Below are positions 20,415-29,883 of a stretch of DNA of 64,000 bases, in pieces; position 1 is the stretch's first letter, and every line of letters begins with the position of its first letter. The stretch comes from Candidatus Multivoradales bacterium (GTDB lineage: Bacteria > Acidobacteriota > Thermoanaerobaculia > Multivoradales > Multivoraceae). The stretch covers positions 4,416,001-4,480,000 of the forward strand of contig CBDCWI010000002.1 of the NCBI GenBank assembly GCA_965223325.1, written 5' to 3'. The notes beneath the pieces were generated by a model. It was not told the DNA's origin and ran no database searches. It was given only the letters and a program-made list of their open reading frames with translations. Made by a program: the position numbers and the translations under genes.

Positions 20415-21575
20415 ATGATCGCTCGCCAGGACCACATTCGACTCGTTCGACGTGCTCTTCGAGAGAACCCTGTTGTGGCGCTGCTCGGTGCCAGGCAAGT
20501 TGGCAAAACGACTCTCGCTGCCGCCGTCGCGAAGGCTCACGGTCAACGCACGACGACGTTCGACCTCGAGGATCCCCGCCAGCTGGCATTTCTCGAAGAA
20601 CCGACCCTCGCGCTCGAGTCGCTCAGGGGACTCGTCGTTCTCGATGAGATTCAGCGCCGCCCCGAACTCTTCCCGGTTCTCCGGGTACTGGCCGATCGCA
20701 AGCCGCGGCCCGCGAGGTTTCTGGTTCTAGGCAGCGCGTCGCCTGATCTCTTGAAACAGAGCTCCGAATCCCTGGCCGGCCGCATCAGCTATTACGAGTT
20801 GCGAGGCTTTGACCTGACCGAGGTCGGAGAGAAACCATGGGAGAGGCTCTGGTTTCGCGGCGGATTTCCGCGCTCCTTCCTGGCGAGAAGTCATCGCGAG
20901 AGTGTGGAGTGGCGTGAAGCGTTCATCAGAACGTTCTTGCAACGCGATCTGCCCCAGCTTGGCATCACCATCCCTTCGGGAACCTTGCGGGACTTCTGGA
21001 CCATGCTGGCCCACTACCACGCCCAGACCTGGAATGGCGCTGAGCTCGCGCGAGCCTTCGGCGTCGCTCACACAACTGTGCGCCGCTATCTCAACCTGTT
21101 GAGCGACACCTTCGTCGTTCGTCAGCTCCGTCCCTTTCTCCTGAATGTAGGCAAGCGTGTCGTACGCTCACCAAAGATCTATATCGCCGATCCCGGGTTG
21201 TTCCACGCTCTGATGGGAATTCGTACACCATCCGACCTGAAGCGCCACCCCAAGGTGGGCGCGAGCTTTGAGGGGTTCGGGCTCGAGCAGGTGCTCGTTC
21301 AACTGCGAGCGAAGCAGAACGAGGCGTTCTTCTGGGGCACCCATGCCGGGGCTGAACTCGACCTGCTTGTAGTCCACGGCCGCAGACGACTTGGATTCGA
21401 ATTCAAGCGAACCGACGCGCCACGGGTAACGCGCTCCATGCGTTCGGCGCTCGAGACCCTGAAGCTCGATTCGTTGACCGTCGTTCACGTGGGTGAGCAC
21501 ACCTTTCCGCTCCAAGATGGAGTCCAAGCACTTTCCATCAGCAATCTCACGGCCCTGAAGCCGCTACGGAGATAG
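20415..21575 (+). CDS. AAA_14 ATPase with DUF4143 C-terminal domain
   Basis: GARQVGKTT, LDEIQ, LGSAS, RGGFP, PKIY, ELDL..FEFK. Confidence 0.9.
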   Translation: MIARQDHIRLVRRALRENPVVALLGARQVGKTTLAAAVAKAHGQRTTTFDLEDPRQLAFLEEPTLALESLRGLVVLDEIQRRPELFPVLRVLADRKPRPARFLVLGSASPDLLKQSSESLAGRISYYELRGFDLTEVGEKPWERLWFRGGFPRSFLARSHRESVEWREAFIRTFLQRDLPQLGITIPSGTLRDFWTMLAHYHAQTWNGAELARAFGVAHTTVRRYLNLLSDTFVVRQLRPFLLNVGKRVVRSPKIYIADPGLFHALMGIRTPSDLKRHPKVGASFEGFGLEQVLVQLRAKQNEAFFWGTHAGAELDLLVVHGRRRLGFEFKRTDAPRVTRSMRSALETLKLDSLTVVHVGEHTFPLQDGVQALSISNLTALKPLRR

Positions 21576-21642
21576 CCAGGCCTTGATGACGGGTCCCCGA
21601 CCCCTGTCACGCCAGGGTAGAGGTTGCTGCTGGTGACGCTAC

Positions 21643-22473
21643 CTATCGCCGTCCTCGCGGTGCGCGATGAGATCGGAGAAACTCGCTACGCTCGAGAAAC
21701 GCGAAGACCAGAGGGAGGAACTGAACCTGCGACAGATCGTGGCCCATCCCGGGCAGCTCGACGAGTTCATGAACCATCTCGAGCTCCTCCATGCGGCGCG
21801 CCCATCGACGCACCGAACGAAGGGAGACCGCCTTATCCTGATCACCGATGATCACCAGGACGGGGAGGTCGCGCATGCGGTCCAGCGGTGTCGAATCGCC
21901 CGGCGTTGCTGGTGAGATCGGGACCAAGCCGGTCCAAAGTTCAGGGTGGCTTGAACCGAGGCTCCAAACCCCGCCACCACCTCGCGAGAAGCCGATCAGG
22001 AAGATCCGTTCAGGATCGACTCGAAAGTGACGCTTCGTGTCGGCCACGACTTCGAGCACGTAGCGCTGGGCTAGATCACCGACGCCACTCGAGAATGGGC
22101 AAACCACGAGGTAGCCGAATCGCTCAGCAAACTCCAGCAAGCGCGGAAAACCCATGACCTGCTCAGGTTTGCCTGCGGTGCCATGCAGACCCACGATCAA
22201 GGGCCAGCGACGCTGCTCGTCGCTGGCGACGTAGGCCGAAGGCGTGAAGACCAGGTGGCGCACCCGCTTTCGCACTTCCGGCACATGCAGCCTCCTCGCT
22301 TCCACGCGGCCCACGGATGCCACGGTGGCTTCACCTGCTGATGCGAAGGCCAGTGAGTCGCCAGGCAAGTCTTGCGACTGTGCGTTGGTCGGCAGCGCGA
22401 AGCACGCAGCAAACAGTACGAGCCAGGAGACGGCTGGTGCGAAGGTTCGATCCGTTAGTCGTCTGGCACGCAT
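21643..22473 (-). CDS. Secreted alpha/beta hydrolase (esterase/peptidase-like)
   Basis: PLIVGLHG, GFSRGG nucleophile, GDQD, H near C-terminus. Confidence 0.8.
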   Translation of the reverse strand: MRARRLTDRTFAPAVSWLVLFAACFALPTNAQSQDLPGDSLAFASAGEATVASVGRVEARRLHVPEVRKRVRHLVFTPSAYVASDEQRRWPLIVGLHGTAGKPEQVMGFPRLLEFAERFGYLVVCPFSSGVGDLAQRYVLEVVADTKRHFRVDPERIFLIGFSRGGGGVWSLGSSHPELWTGLVPISPATPGDSTPLDRMRDLPVLVIIGDQDKAVSLRSVRRWARRMEELEMVHELVELPGMGHDLSQVQFLPLVFAFLERSEFLRSHRAPRGRR

Positions 22474-22600
22474 ACTGTGTTGGACCGGCGGCGCCGCATG
22501 AAGGTTCCCGGCCCCTGGCAAGCTGATCTATCGAGTAGTACCTGGCCTTCATCGGCGCCGCCGGGGGCGCCGCAACAACAGCTGGCCGCCAAGCCCGCCT

Positions 22601-23548
22601 CTAGACCTGTGTCGGCCAGTCAGTGTTGCTCTCAGGCGCACCCAAACGGCCCTTGGTCAGCACCAGCACCAGGACCGCGGCCGCCACCACCACCAGGGTG
22701 CGCACATCCTGCTCGGTAACCTCGAACATGGGCCGAGATAGGGCTTTGCTCCAGACGTTGGTAAAGCCATGGATCAAGATCGCCGGCAACACACTGCCGC
22801 CGGTCTTGAACCAGGCGAGGGTGGTCACGATCGAGAGACACAAACACAGCACCAGGAACACTCCCTGGTAAAACGCCCAACGTCCCAGGTTCTCGCTGGC
22901 CATGATGTTGGGAATCTCACGTGGGAAGTGCCATAGCCACCACAGAAACCCGAGGGCAAGCGTCGCAAAGAGTGGCGAACGCAGGCGGTCGAGCAGGAGG
23001 GGCAGGCCATAGCCGTGCCAACCGAGCTCCTCCCACAGGCCCCCTTCGTCGATGAAAGGGCCCACGATCAGCCACAGCAAGGCAGTTCCGACGCCGCCAC
23101 CCATTCCCGCCAGGATCTTCTCGCTGATCGCGCCTTCTCCGCCATAGCGAGCCGCGACCCAGAAGTAGCCCAGGCAGCCAGCGCCGTAGATCAACGCGAG
23201 CCAGAGATAAACACGAATCGCACTGCGCCGATAACCGCCCAGCCAGGGCTTGAAGCGTGACAACAGACGACGCAGTCCACCGCCACCGAGGTAGCCACTG
23301 ACGATCAGAGCCGAGAATGACGGCGCACCGGCGAAGACGAAAATCAGGAGCGCACGCCAGTCGTCGAGTCCGAACAGACCGATCGAGACAGTGTTGGCAT
23401 ACATACCGCGCTGCTGTAGGAATTCGAACAGCGCCGGCAGAAGCTCTGCCGAACTCGTCACCGCACGTACGAGCATCACTGCAATCACAATCGCAACGGC
23501 GAGCAGGTAGAACGCTGCAAAGCGGTGGGCTTGGATCCAGGATCTCAT
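22601..23548 (-). CDS. CPBP (CAAX/Abi) intramembrane metalloprotease
   Basis: EELGWHG, WWLWH, AILIHGFTN motifs. Confidence 0.85.
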   Translation of the reverse strand: MRSWIQAHRFAAFYLLAVAIVIAVMLVRAVTSSAELLPALFEFLQQRGMYANTVSIGLFGLDDWRALLIFVFAGAPSFSALIVSGYLGGGGLRRLLSRFKPWLGGYRRSAIRVYLWLALIYGAGCLGYFWVAARYGGEGAISEKILAGMGGGVGTALLWLIVGPFIDEGGLWEELGWHGYGLPLLLDRLRSPLFATLALGFLWWLWHFPREIPNIMASENLGRWAFYQGVFLVLCLCLSIVTTLAWFKTGGSVLPAILIHGFTNVWSKALSRPMFEVTEQDVRTLVVVAAAVLVLVLTKGRLGAPESNTDWPTQV

Positions 23549-23660
23549 TGAGGTGGGCTTTCTTGGCGGCACGTCGAGGCACAGACTCGAGGTCAGGTTC
23601 GGGACTCAGTGTTCCATGAGGCCTGCGCGGGGTGCATCCATCACGAGTGCGCCGCCGCGC

Positions 23661-23841
23661 CACCACACCCGGGAACAACGCGTCGCGTTGAGGAGGTGTT
23701 TGGAGCGGATCTGCTTACGCATGTTCAGTGTGGCCGCGGACTTTGCTCGGGAATCCGACTCGTGAACCTCGGCATGCGCGTGAACCGCGCATGGCTATGA
23801 AACATAGTTGCCTGGAACGTCTCCGGAGGCGAAGCCTCGGG
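23661..23841 (+). mobile_element. Family A internally deleted remnant: ~28 bp of transposase plus right end
   Basis: CACACCCGGGAACAACGCGTCGCGTT (tnpA-A) joined to GAGGAGGTGTTTGGAGCGG...TGGAACGTCTCCGGAGGCGAAGCCTCGGG. Confidence 0.85.
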
Positions 23842-24156
23842 AGGGTCGCACCGTGGGTCCGGGTGTCGTCGTGGATCTGAACTGACAACTGAGCGCGAGG
23901 GTGGGCGATCACGCCCTCTCTCGCGCTCTTCTTTCGGCTCTCGCGGAGTGGTAAAGGAGTCCTGCCCAGTCACTCTGCCGCGGCAATCGCGCCTACCGCG
24001 AGCCCAGACCTCAAGGATCGAGAAAGTGAGAATCCATGATCCTTCCCAATCTCGACGAGCTTCTGCACATTCGACAGTCCGCCCTTTGGGGCATCGAAGC
24101 GGGATGGGTTGCCGAGTTGTTGCGCGAGTCCGCTGCGCGCAAGCCTTTGTTGTGGT

Positions 24157-27000
24157 TTAGCCCTCGAGCGCCTTCCGGACTTGTGAGCTCCAATTGAAGA
24201 TGATGCGAAGGTTCGGAATGAAGTCGGCTTCGTGGCCGTCGGTCAGCAGAAACCGACCATCGGGATGTACGCGGTAGAGGGGCCAGTGCGCGAGAGTGTC
24301 GAAGGGAACATCGAAGAGCCTCTCTGGCTCGCTATGGTTGCCACTGTCGTCGAGGATGCGGGTGCGATGCATACCGCCCTCGGGTCCGACAAAGTAAAGC
24401 TCGTTGGTTCCGCCTCGCCACCTTGGCTGCCTTCCGCCTTCTCGGGAAACTCGAATGCGTTTGGATGGCTGGTCGACCCTGACCAGATAGATCTCATGGT
24501 CTCCTGACTCAGGAGATGAGAAAGCGAGCCACTCGCCCGATGGGTGCAGCGCGGGTCCTCGTTCGTCGAATCGAGACTCCACGAGGGCCAAGGCGTCTTC
24601 TCGGCCGACGAGAAAGTCTCGGCCGCCGATCCTCCCGGCAACGCTGAAGAGAAAATCTCCGTTCGGCAGCCAGCTCTCGAGATCGCGAAACTGGTCGCTC
24701 TGGTAGATGAGTTGAGGTGGGTTGTCCCCGTCCGGGTCGTACGAGACGATCTGTGGCGTTCCCCAACTGGTGACCGCGAGGCGCCTGCCATCGGCCCGCC
24801 AATGCGAGGTCATGCCCTCGCCCACGAAGGTGTCGACACCCCGAGAGAGGTCCCGCACCCAAACCTCAAAGTTGGTGTCGTCCTCCCTCGATGCTCCGGC
24901 TCGACTGAAAGCGAGTCTCTCTCCGTTTGGCGAGATTGAGAATCGCGATGCAGAGATGGGCAGGTTCTCTAGCCTGACTCCCTTCGAGGAGTACCAAGAC
25001 AGGGGAATCTCGGCCGAGTAGTCGGGCAGGTAGATCAGCGTGCCGTCGTTCGATATGTCGTAGAACGCGCCGCAGCAATCACTGACGAACACGTCGTCGA
25101 GAACCGACACTGGTGTGCCGGTGAATCGCGCCGTGTCGGCATCGAAAGGGCGCGCCCACAACACGCCGTCGAGCTCGTAGAGCAGAGTGCGTGGCCCCAA
25201 GAAGCTGACACTTTGGGCGTCTTCGAGCAGAGGGCGTTCCTCGCCGGTCGAGAGATCTTTGACCACTACCGTGGAGTCGCCCTCGAAGCCGAAGCCTCTT
25301 TGAAAGAGAAGAAGCTCAGTCCCCGGCAAGAGGAGCGGCCTTTGGTGGCCGCGATCCAGCCCGATCTCGGTGAGAGGTTCGATCTCCAGCGAGTCGAGAT
25401 GGAGACGCTCGATCGGGGTTTGCCAACCCGATATCAGCAATCGATCGTCGTGGTCCCAGCTGGCCCACATGTGGTGCCGATCTTCCAGAAGCGTGATCGG
25501 CGGGCTACCGTCGAAGGGAACTTTGATCCAGGTATCGGTCGGCACACTTGTGACAAATAGGAACTCCCCGTCGGGAGAAAAGACCGGCGCGCCGAATGTG
25601 CTCTCGGGAGTGCGCAGCGTGCGCCAGTCTCTCTCATCGAGTTGACGAACTCGCAGCTCTGCCAGCTGGTGGCCGATCCATCTCTGTGCAGCGACTCGGC
25701 GTCCGTCGGGTGAGATGGCAAAGTTGACGAATCGGCCGTCGAGGTAGCCTCCAAAGTCGGTCTCCAGCTCGGCTATGGTCACGAACTGTTCGTTTGTGGG
25801 TCGTACGAGGAGCCAAGTGGCCGCAGCCCCCAAGAGCGCCGCGAAGAGAATCCAGGCGGGGAAGGAGCGGATCGCCGGTCGCCTCCTGGTCGTGGCTAGT
25901 CGACGGCTTCGCGGCTCGATTCCTGAGTCGTCGGCTGCCTTCGCCAAGAGATCGAGATGTTTTCCGAGATCAGTGGCCGAGCGCCAACGTTGCTCCGGCT
26001 TCTTGCGCAAGCACGTTTGCACGAGTCGATCGAGCTCGTGGGGAGCCAGGACTGCACGCTCTTCGAAAGTCTTCGGGGTTTCAGTCAGGAGTGCCGAGAT
26101 GAGGCTCGCTTGCGACTCTCCCGTAAAGGCCTTCTCGCCAGTCACCATCTCATAGAGAAGCGCGCCGAAGGAGAAGATGTCGGACCGCTGGTCGGTCTCT
26201 TTGCCCTCGAGCTGCTCAGGTGACATGTACTGCAGTGTTCCGAGGATGACTCCTTCGGCGGTTAGGGAACGCCGGCGAGTCGGTGCCGCCGTGTCGCTGC
26301 TTGCGAAGAGCGAGGGTTCGAGTCCGGCGAGTCCGAAATCGAGCAGCTTGGCTCCGTCGGGTGTTAGAAAGATGTTGGCCGGTTTCAAGTCGCGATGGTA
26401 GATGCCGTGCTCATGGGCTCTGCCAAGCGCCCCCGCGATTTGACTGGCCAGCTCGAGCGTTTCGACCAGTGGCAGGGGTCCTCTACCGAGCCGTTGGTGC
26501 AGGGTCTCGCCCTCGAGCAGCTCCATCACCAGGTACTCGATGCCGTTGGCGACACCGACATCGAAGAGAGAGCAGATATGTGGATGTTGCAGCTGGGCGA
26601 CGACCTGGGCCTCGCGCTCGAAGCGTTCGCGAAGCGAGGAGCGGTCGCCTCCTCGGCTCCCAAGCACCTTCAGCGCAACGTCGCGACCGAGTCGGGTGTC
26701 GCGCGCACGATAGACCTCACCCATGCCCCCGGCGCCAATCGGCGCGATGACTTCATATGAGTCGAGTTTGAACCCGTTCGGCAGAGTGGCAATGTGGGCC
26801 GCGATCTCCGATCTGCTCGAGTCCGGTAGCCGCGCCAGAGCAGACTTCGAACGTTCGGCGAGCAGATCGGCCACGATCGCTCGGAGCTCGGCATCATCCG
26901 CGCAGGCTCGATCGATGTAGGCCTTTCGCTCGCGCCCATCGAGCTCAATCGCCCTAGCGAGAACGGCGTCTGCTTCCCGAAACCGGTCGAAGGGATTCAC
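24157..27000 (-). CDS. Ser/Thr protein kinase with TM segment and PD40/TolB-like propeller repeats
   Basis: GAGGMGEVY, VALK, HRDLKPAN, DFGLA, YMSPE; SPDG repeats. Confidence 0.95.
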   Translation of the reverse strand: MNPFDRFREADAVLARAIELDGRERKAYIDRACADDAELRAIVADLLAERSKSALARLPDSSRSEIAAHIATLPNGFKLDSYEVIAPIGAGGMGEVYRARDTRLGRDVALKVLGSRGGDRSSLRERFEREAQVVAQLQHPHICSLFDVGVANGIEYLVMELLEGETLHQRLGRGPLPLVETLELASQIAGALGRAHEHGIYHRDLKPANIFLTPDGAKLLDFGLAGLEPSLFASSDTAAPTRRRSLTAEGVILGTLQYMSPEQLEGKETDQRSDIFSFGALLYEMVTGEKAFTGESQASLISALLTETPKTFEERAVLAPHELDRLVQTCLRKKPEQRWRSATDLGKHLDLLAKAADDSGIEPRSRRLATTRRRPAIRSFPAWILFAALLGAAATWLLVRPTNEQFVTIAELETDFGGYLDGRFVNFAISPDGRRVAAQRWIGHQLAELRVRQLDERDWRTLRTPESTFGAPVFSPDGEFLFVTSVPTDTWIKVPFDGSPPITLLEDRHHMWASWDHDDRLLISGWQTPIERLHLDSLEIEPLTEIGLDRGHQRPLLLPGTELLLFQRGFGFEGDSTVVVKDLSTGEERPLLEDAQSVSFLGPRTLLYELDGVLWARPFDADTARFTGTPVSVLDDVFVSDCCGAFYDISNDGTLIYLPDYSAEIPLSWYSSKGVRLENLPISASRFSISPNGERLAFSRAGASREDDTNFEVWVRDLSRGVDTFVGEGMTSHWRADGRRLAVTSWGTPQIVSYDPDGDNPPQLIYQSDQFRDLESWLPNGDFLFSVAGRIGGRDFLVGREDALALVESRFDERGPALHPSGEWLAFSSPESGDHEIYLVRVDQPSKRIRVSREGGRQPRWRGGTNELYFVGPEGGMHRTRILDDSGNHSEPERLFDVPFDTLAHWPLYRVHPDGRFLLTDGHEADFIPNLRIIFNWSSQVRKALEG

Positions 27001-27082
27001 GACCGCAGTTTAGCGTGGCTTCCTCTCGAGAGATTTCGTGAAAGGAGTTGCAGTTGCTGCAGCTCAGATCGAGCTGCCGGAA

Positions 27083-27312
27083 GATCGCGCGGCGATGCCG
27101 CGCTCAGTCGGGAGTAGGTTTCGAGCCCAAGTGGTGGCGCAGAGCCAGGCCCAACGGGTAGCCGATTCACGACTGACAGTTGGTCAATGGCGAGGGTCGT
27201 CCGATAGGGTTAAGGCCCCTTGCAGGACAGTCGGTGGTTCCGTGCGAAGGTCATGGCCCATCAATTGCGGTATGTCCCCACTGACGCGAGTGGTTGGGGA
27301 GCCGTCGAAGTC
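27083..27312 (+). mobile_element. Family B left end plus first ~20 transposase codons (truncated, diverged)
   Basis: GATCGCGCGGCGATGCCGCGC...; ATGGCCCATCAATTGCGGTATGTCCCC = MAHQLRYVP. Confidence 0.85.
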
Positions 27313-27408
27313 ATCGATCGGATGCCGACGTCGGAGCTTCCATGGCGATCGACATGGGAGCGGTTCGCACTGCCGGAACTACCCGGTATACGGCTCTCTA
27401 CATGGCTC

Positions 27409-28434
27409 TCATTCAGCCTTCGGTCGCCGCGTGTGCTTCGTCGCTGCGTATTCCTTTACGGCATTGCGTGAGCTGCGCCATAGACCGTCTGCGCCTTGAA
27501 CCGCGTCGAGTCGACCGCGTTGCGCGGCTTGCCGGAGCGCTGGCACCGAGAAGTCGTCGTCGGCGAGCGCCGCCAACGGGACCAGCCGAGCGGGTCCGGC
27601 CACGTTCGGTACGACGAAGCGATTGAGGTTGTCGAGCATCGCCCTTGCGATGATCTCACCGAGTGCTCCGTGATCGCCGTCGTCGGCACGCTGAAGAGCC
27701 CGAATGTACGCGTCGCGCTCCTTCTTGTAGATGACGACTGGGGGATAGCCGAGACGCACCAGTGTCAGGTTCAGCGCGAGGCGACCGACTCGCCCGTTGC
27801 CGTCGATGAACGGGTGAATGCACTCGAACTGATGGTGGACTCGAGCCAATTCCTCGGGCAGCGGAGCGGCGAGTTTGGCGCCCGACACCACGGTGTCACC
27901 GAGTTCGACTGCCTCGGCGACCCAGTCGGTGAGCAGGGCAGGTACTTCTGGCCACGGTGGTGGGGTCATGCCGCCGCCGAATTCGGCGATCTCGTGTTGG
28001 CGGAAGTTCCCTGGTGACTCGGCATCAGTCGCTTCCGGATGAGGGGCGACACTCCACACTGGCGTCATGGCCATGTGATGGATCCTACGAACTTCGTTCA
28101 AGCTGATTAACCCGCCGTCACTCCAGCCGTCGGGGTCCAGGGCTTGGCCGTACACCCACCGAGCAGCCTCGCTGTAGCCCTCAACTTCCATGTACTCCTT
28201 GATTGGCTTCGCGCCGACCGCGCGGCGCTGGTCAAGAAGCTGCGCGACCTCTCGCAGCGCGAGCGTGTTGCCCTCCAGCGCTGTCGAATGGTGGGCTTCG
28301 AGGTGCCAGATGTCAGACCAGACCGTCTCCGACTCCTTCGGCGAGGGCAATCCGCCGAACCGTTGGTTCAACGCTCGGAGCGCGCCGTCGAGCCGCAGGT
28401 AGATCGTGGCCCTGCTGGGTCGTCCTCGTGCCAT
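27409..28434 (-). CDS. Fic-domain protein with C-terminal HTH-like extension
   Basis: Canonical HPFIDGNGRVGR motif; HSTALEGNT helix. Confidence 0.92.
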   Translation of the reverse strand: MARGRPSRATIYLRLDGALRALNQRFGGLPSPKESETVWSDIWHLEAHHSTALEGNTLALREVAQLLDQRRAVGAKPIKEYMEVEGYSEAARWVYGQALDPDGWSDGGLISLNEVRRIHHMAMTPVWSVAPHPEATDAESPGNFRQHEIAEFGGGMTPPPWPEVPALLTDWVAEAVELGDTVVSGAKLAAPLPEELARVHHQFECIHPFIDGNGRVGRLALNLTLVRLGYPPVVIYKKERDAYIRALQRADDGDHGALGEIIARAMLDNLNRFVVPNVAGPARLVPLAALADDDFSVPALRQAAQRGRLDAVQGADGLWRSSRNAVKEYAATKHTRRPKAE

Positions 28435-28490
28435 GTGCGCGTTTTCGTCCCTTCGGTTCGAGAGTTGAGTAGCTGGTGTCTCGGCGAAAT

Positions 28491-28552
28491 GAACTTATCA
28501 AGTATAATCGTATTTGATACGCCTGCTCGGTACTGGAGCGAACTTATCAAGT
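28491..28552. promoter_or_regulatory. Two copies of quasi-palindromic GAACTTATCAAGT upstream of fic (candidate operators)
   Basis: 13-bp direct repeat at 28491 and 28540; core ACTT-N3-AAGT. Confidence 0.55.
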
Positions 28553-28593
28553 CTTGCGGGCACGTACGGGGACCGTGAAGGCGCATCGCGCCG

Positions 28594-28687
28594 CCGGGAT
28601 CCGACTCGTGAATCCCGGCCTGCGCGTGAACCTCGCATGGCTATGAAACATCGGTGCCTGGAACGTCTCCCGAGGCGAAGCTCCGGG
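28594..28687 (+). mobile_element. Family A solo right end
   Basis: CCGGGATCCGACTCGTGAATC...TGAAACATCGGTGCCTGGAACGTCTCCCGAGGCGAAGCTCCGGG. Confidence 0.85.
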
Positions 28688-28782
28688 GGGCTCTTGAGCG
28701 AAAAGAAGTCCCTATCCCTTATCCCTCCACGGCGCTGGACCTTCGACGAGAGAACCCCTCGCGACCTCCTCGTTTCGTTGAA

Positions 28783-28819
28783 GCACGTTTTTCGTGCCAC
28801 ACGATTTTCGTGCTATAGT
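28783..28819 (+). promoter_or_regulatory. Tandem CACG-N5-CGTG palindromes next to a TATAGT -10-like box (candidate TA operator)
   Basis: GCACGTTTTTCGTGC and CACGATTTTCGTG directly upstream of the antitoxin gene. Confidence 0.6.
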
Positions 28820-28836
28820 TCGGGCGGAGAGCTCAA

Positions 28837-29067
28837 ATGACCAACATCACCCTGAAGCTGGACGAACCCATCCTCCGAGAGGCGCGCATTCTGGCCGCGA
28901 AGCGAGGCACCTCCGTCAGTCGGCTCGTCGCAGAGCAGCTCGAAGAGCTCGTCCGTCGTGAGCGCCGCTACGGCTCAGCGAGGAAGCGCGCCCTGAAGAG
29001 AATGCGGTCTGCCAGATCGCTCGGCTGGACGCCTCCTGCCTCGCGAGATGAACTGCATGAGCGTTAG
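28837..29067 (+). CDS. Ribbon-helix-helix antitoxin (VapB-like)
   Basis: MTNITLKLD...GTSVSRLV...SRDELHER; overlaps PIN gene. Confidence 0.85.
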   Translation: MTNITLKLDEPILREARILAAKRGTSVSRLVAEQLEELVRRERRYGSARKRALKRMRSARSLGWTPPASRDELHER

Positions 29068-29476
29068 GGCGTTTGTCGACACGAACATCCTCGTGTACGC
29101 ACACGACTCTGGTGCTGGCGAACGACACTCGGCGGCGTTGACTCTGCTCGCCGGGCTGTGGGAAAGCCGAACTGGAATCCTGAGCACTCAGGTGCTCCAG
29201 GAGTTCTACGTCAACGTCCACAAGCGTGCCCGGCATCCCATGACTCGGGACGAGGTCAGGCACACTCTCGACGACTACATGGCATGGGAGATCGTTGTCA
29301 ATGACGAGCAGTCGATTCGCGAAGCCATCGTCCTGGAGGAGCGCTACAAGCTCTCGTTCTGGGATGCGTTGATTGTTCAGGCGGCAAACTCTTCTGGCGC
29401 CGATGTTCTCTACTCCGAGGACCTCAGCCACGGCCATGTCTACGGGGCTGTCGAACTCGTGAATCCCTTCGCGTAG
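29057..29476 (+). CDS. vapC: PIN-domain toxin
   Basis: FVDTNILVYA, QVLQEF, SFWDALI, YSEDL, NPF. Confidence 0.92.
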   Translation: MSVRAFVDTNILVYAHDSGAGERHSAALTLLAGLWESRTGILSTQVLQEFYVNVHKRARHPMTRDEVRHTLDDYMAWEIVVNDEQSIREAIVLEERYKLSFWDALIVQAANSSGADVLYSEDLSHGHVYGAVELVNPFA

Positions 29477-29588
29477 CGGTTCGTGCAGGAGGAGCTGGTC
29501 GCGGATCGGTGGAGCCCAGGCGGTCACAGGAAGGTTGGGCTCGTGATCTGACTGAGAACGTACGGCAACCTCATCCCGGCCGAGAGGC

Positions 29589-29693
29589 GACGTTCCAGGC
29601 ACCTATGTTTCACAGCCATTCGGGGTTCACGCGCCTGCCGAGATTCACGAGCGTCAGCGTCCATCAGGAAAGTGATGTCAACGCCGCGCGATC
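29589..29693 (+). mobile_element. Family A solo left end followed by a 12-bp family B right tip
   Basis: GACGTTCCAGGCACCTATGTTTCAC...CAGGAAAGTGA, then CGCCGCGCGATC at 29682-29693. Confidence 0.8.
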
Positions 29694-29883
29694 TCGCCAA
29701 CCTTCTGCTCGCCTCCAGGACCAGGCGTACGGGTGCGTGCCGTAGTTCGACGGTCATGGGCACCCAGCTTCACGGTTCGCGACCGCCCACTCGTGAGAAA
29801 GATCGGACGAACCGGTACCTGAATTGTTAAAAGATCATCCATCGTGGCAGGATTCACCCATTAACGTGTGAGCTCCTAAAAGG

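Noticed and set aside
22553-22572. GC hairpin CGGCGCC...GGCGCCG as an element end
   Set aside because: No match to A, B or C ends; possibly a weak terminator
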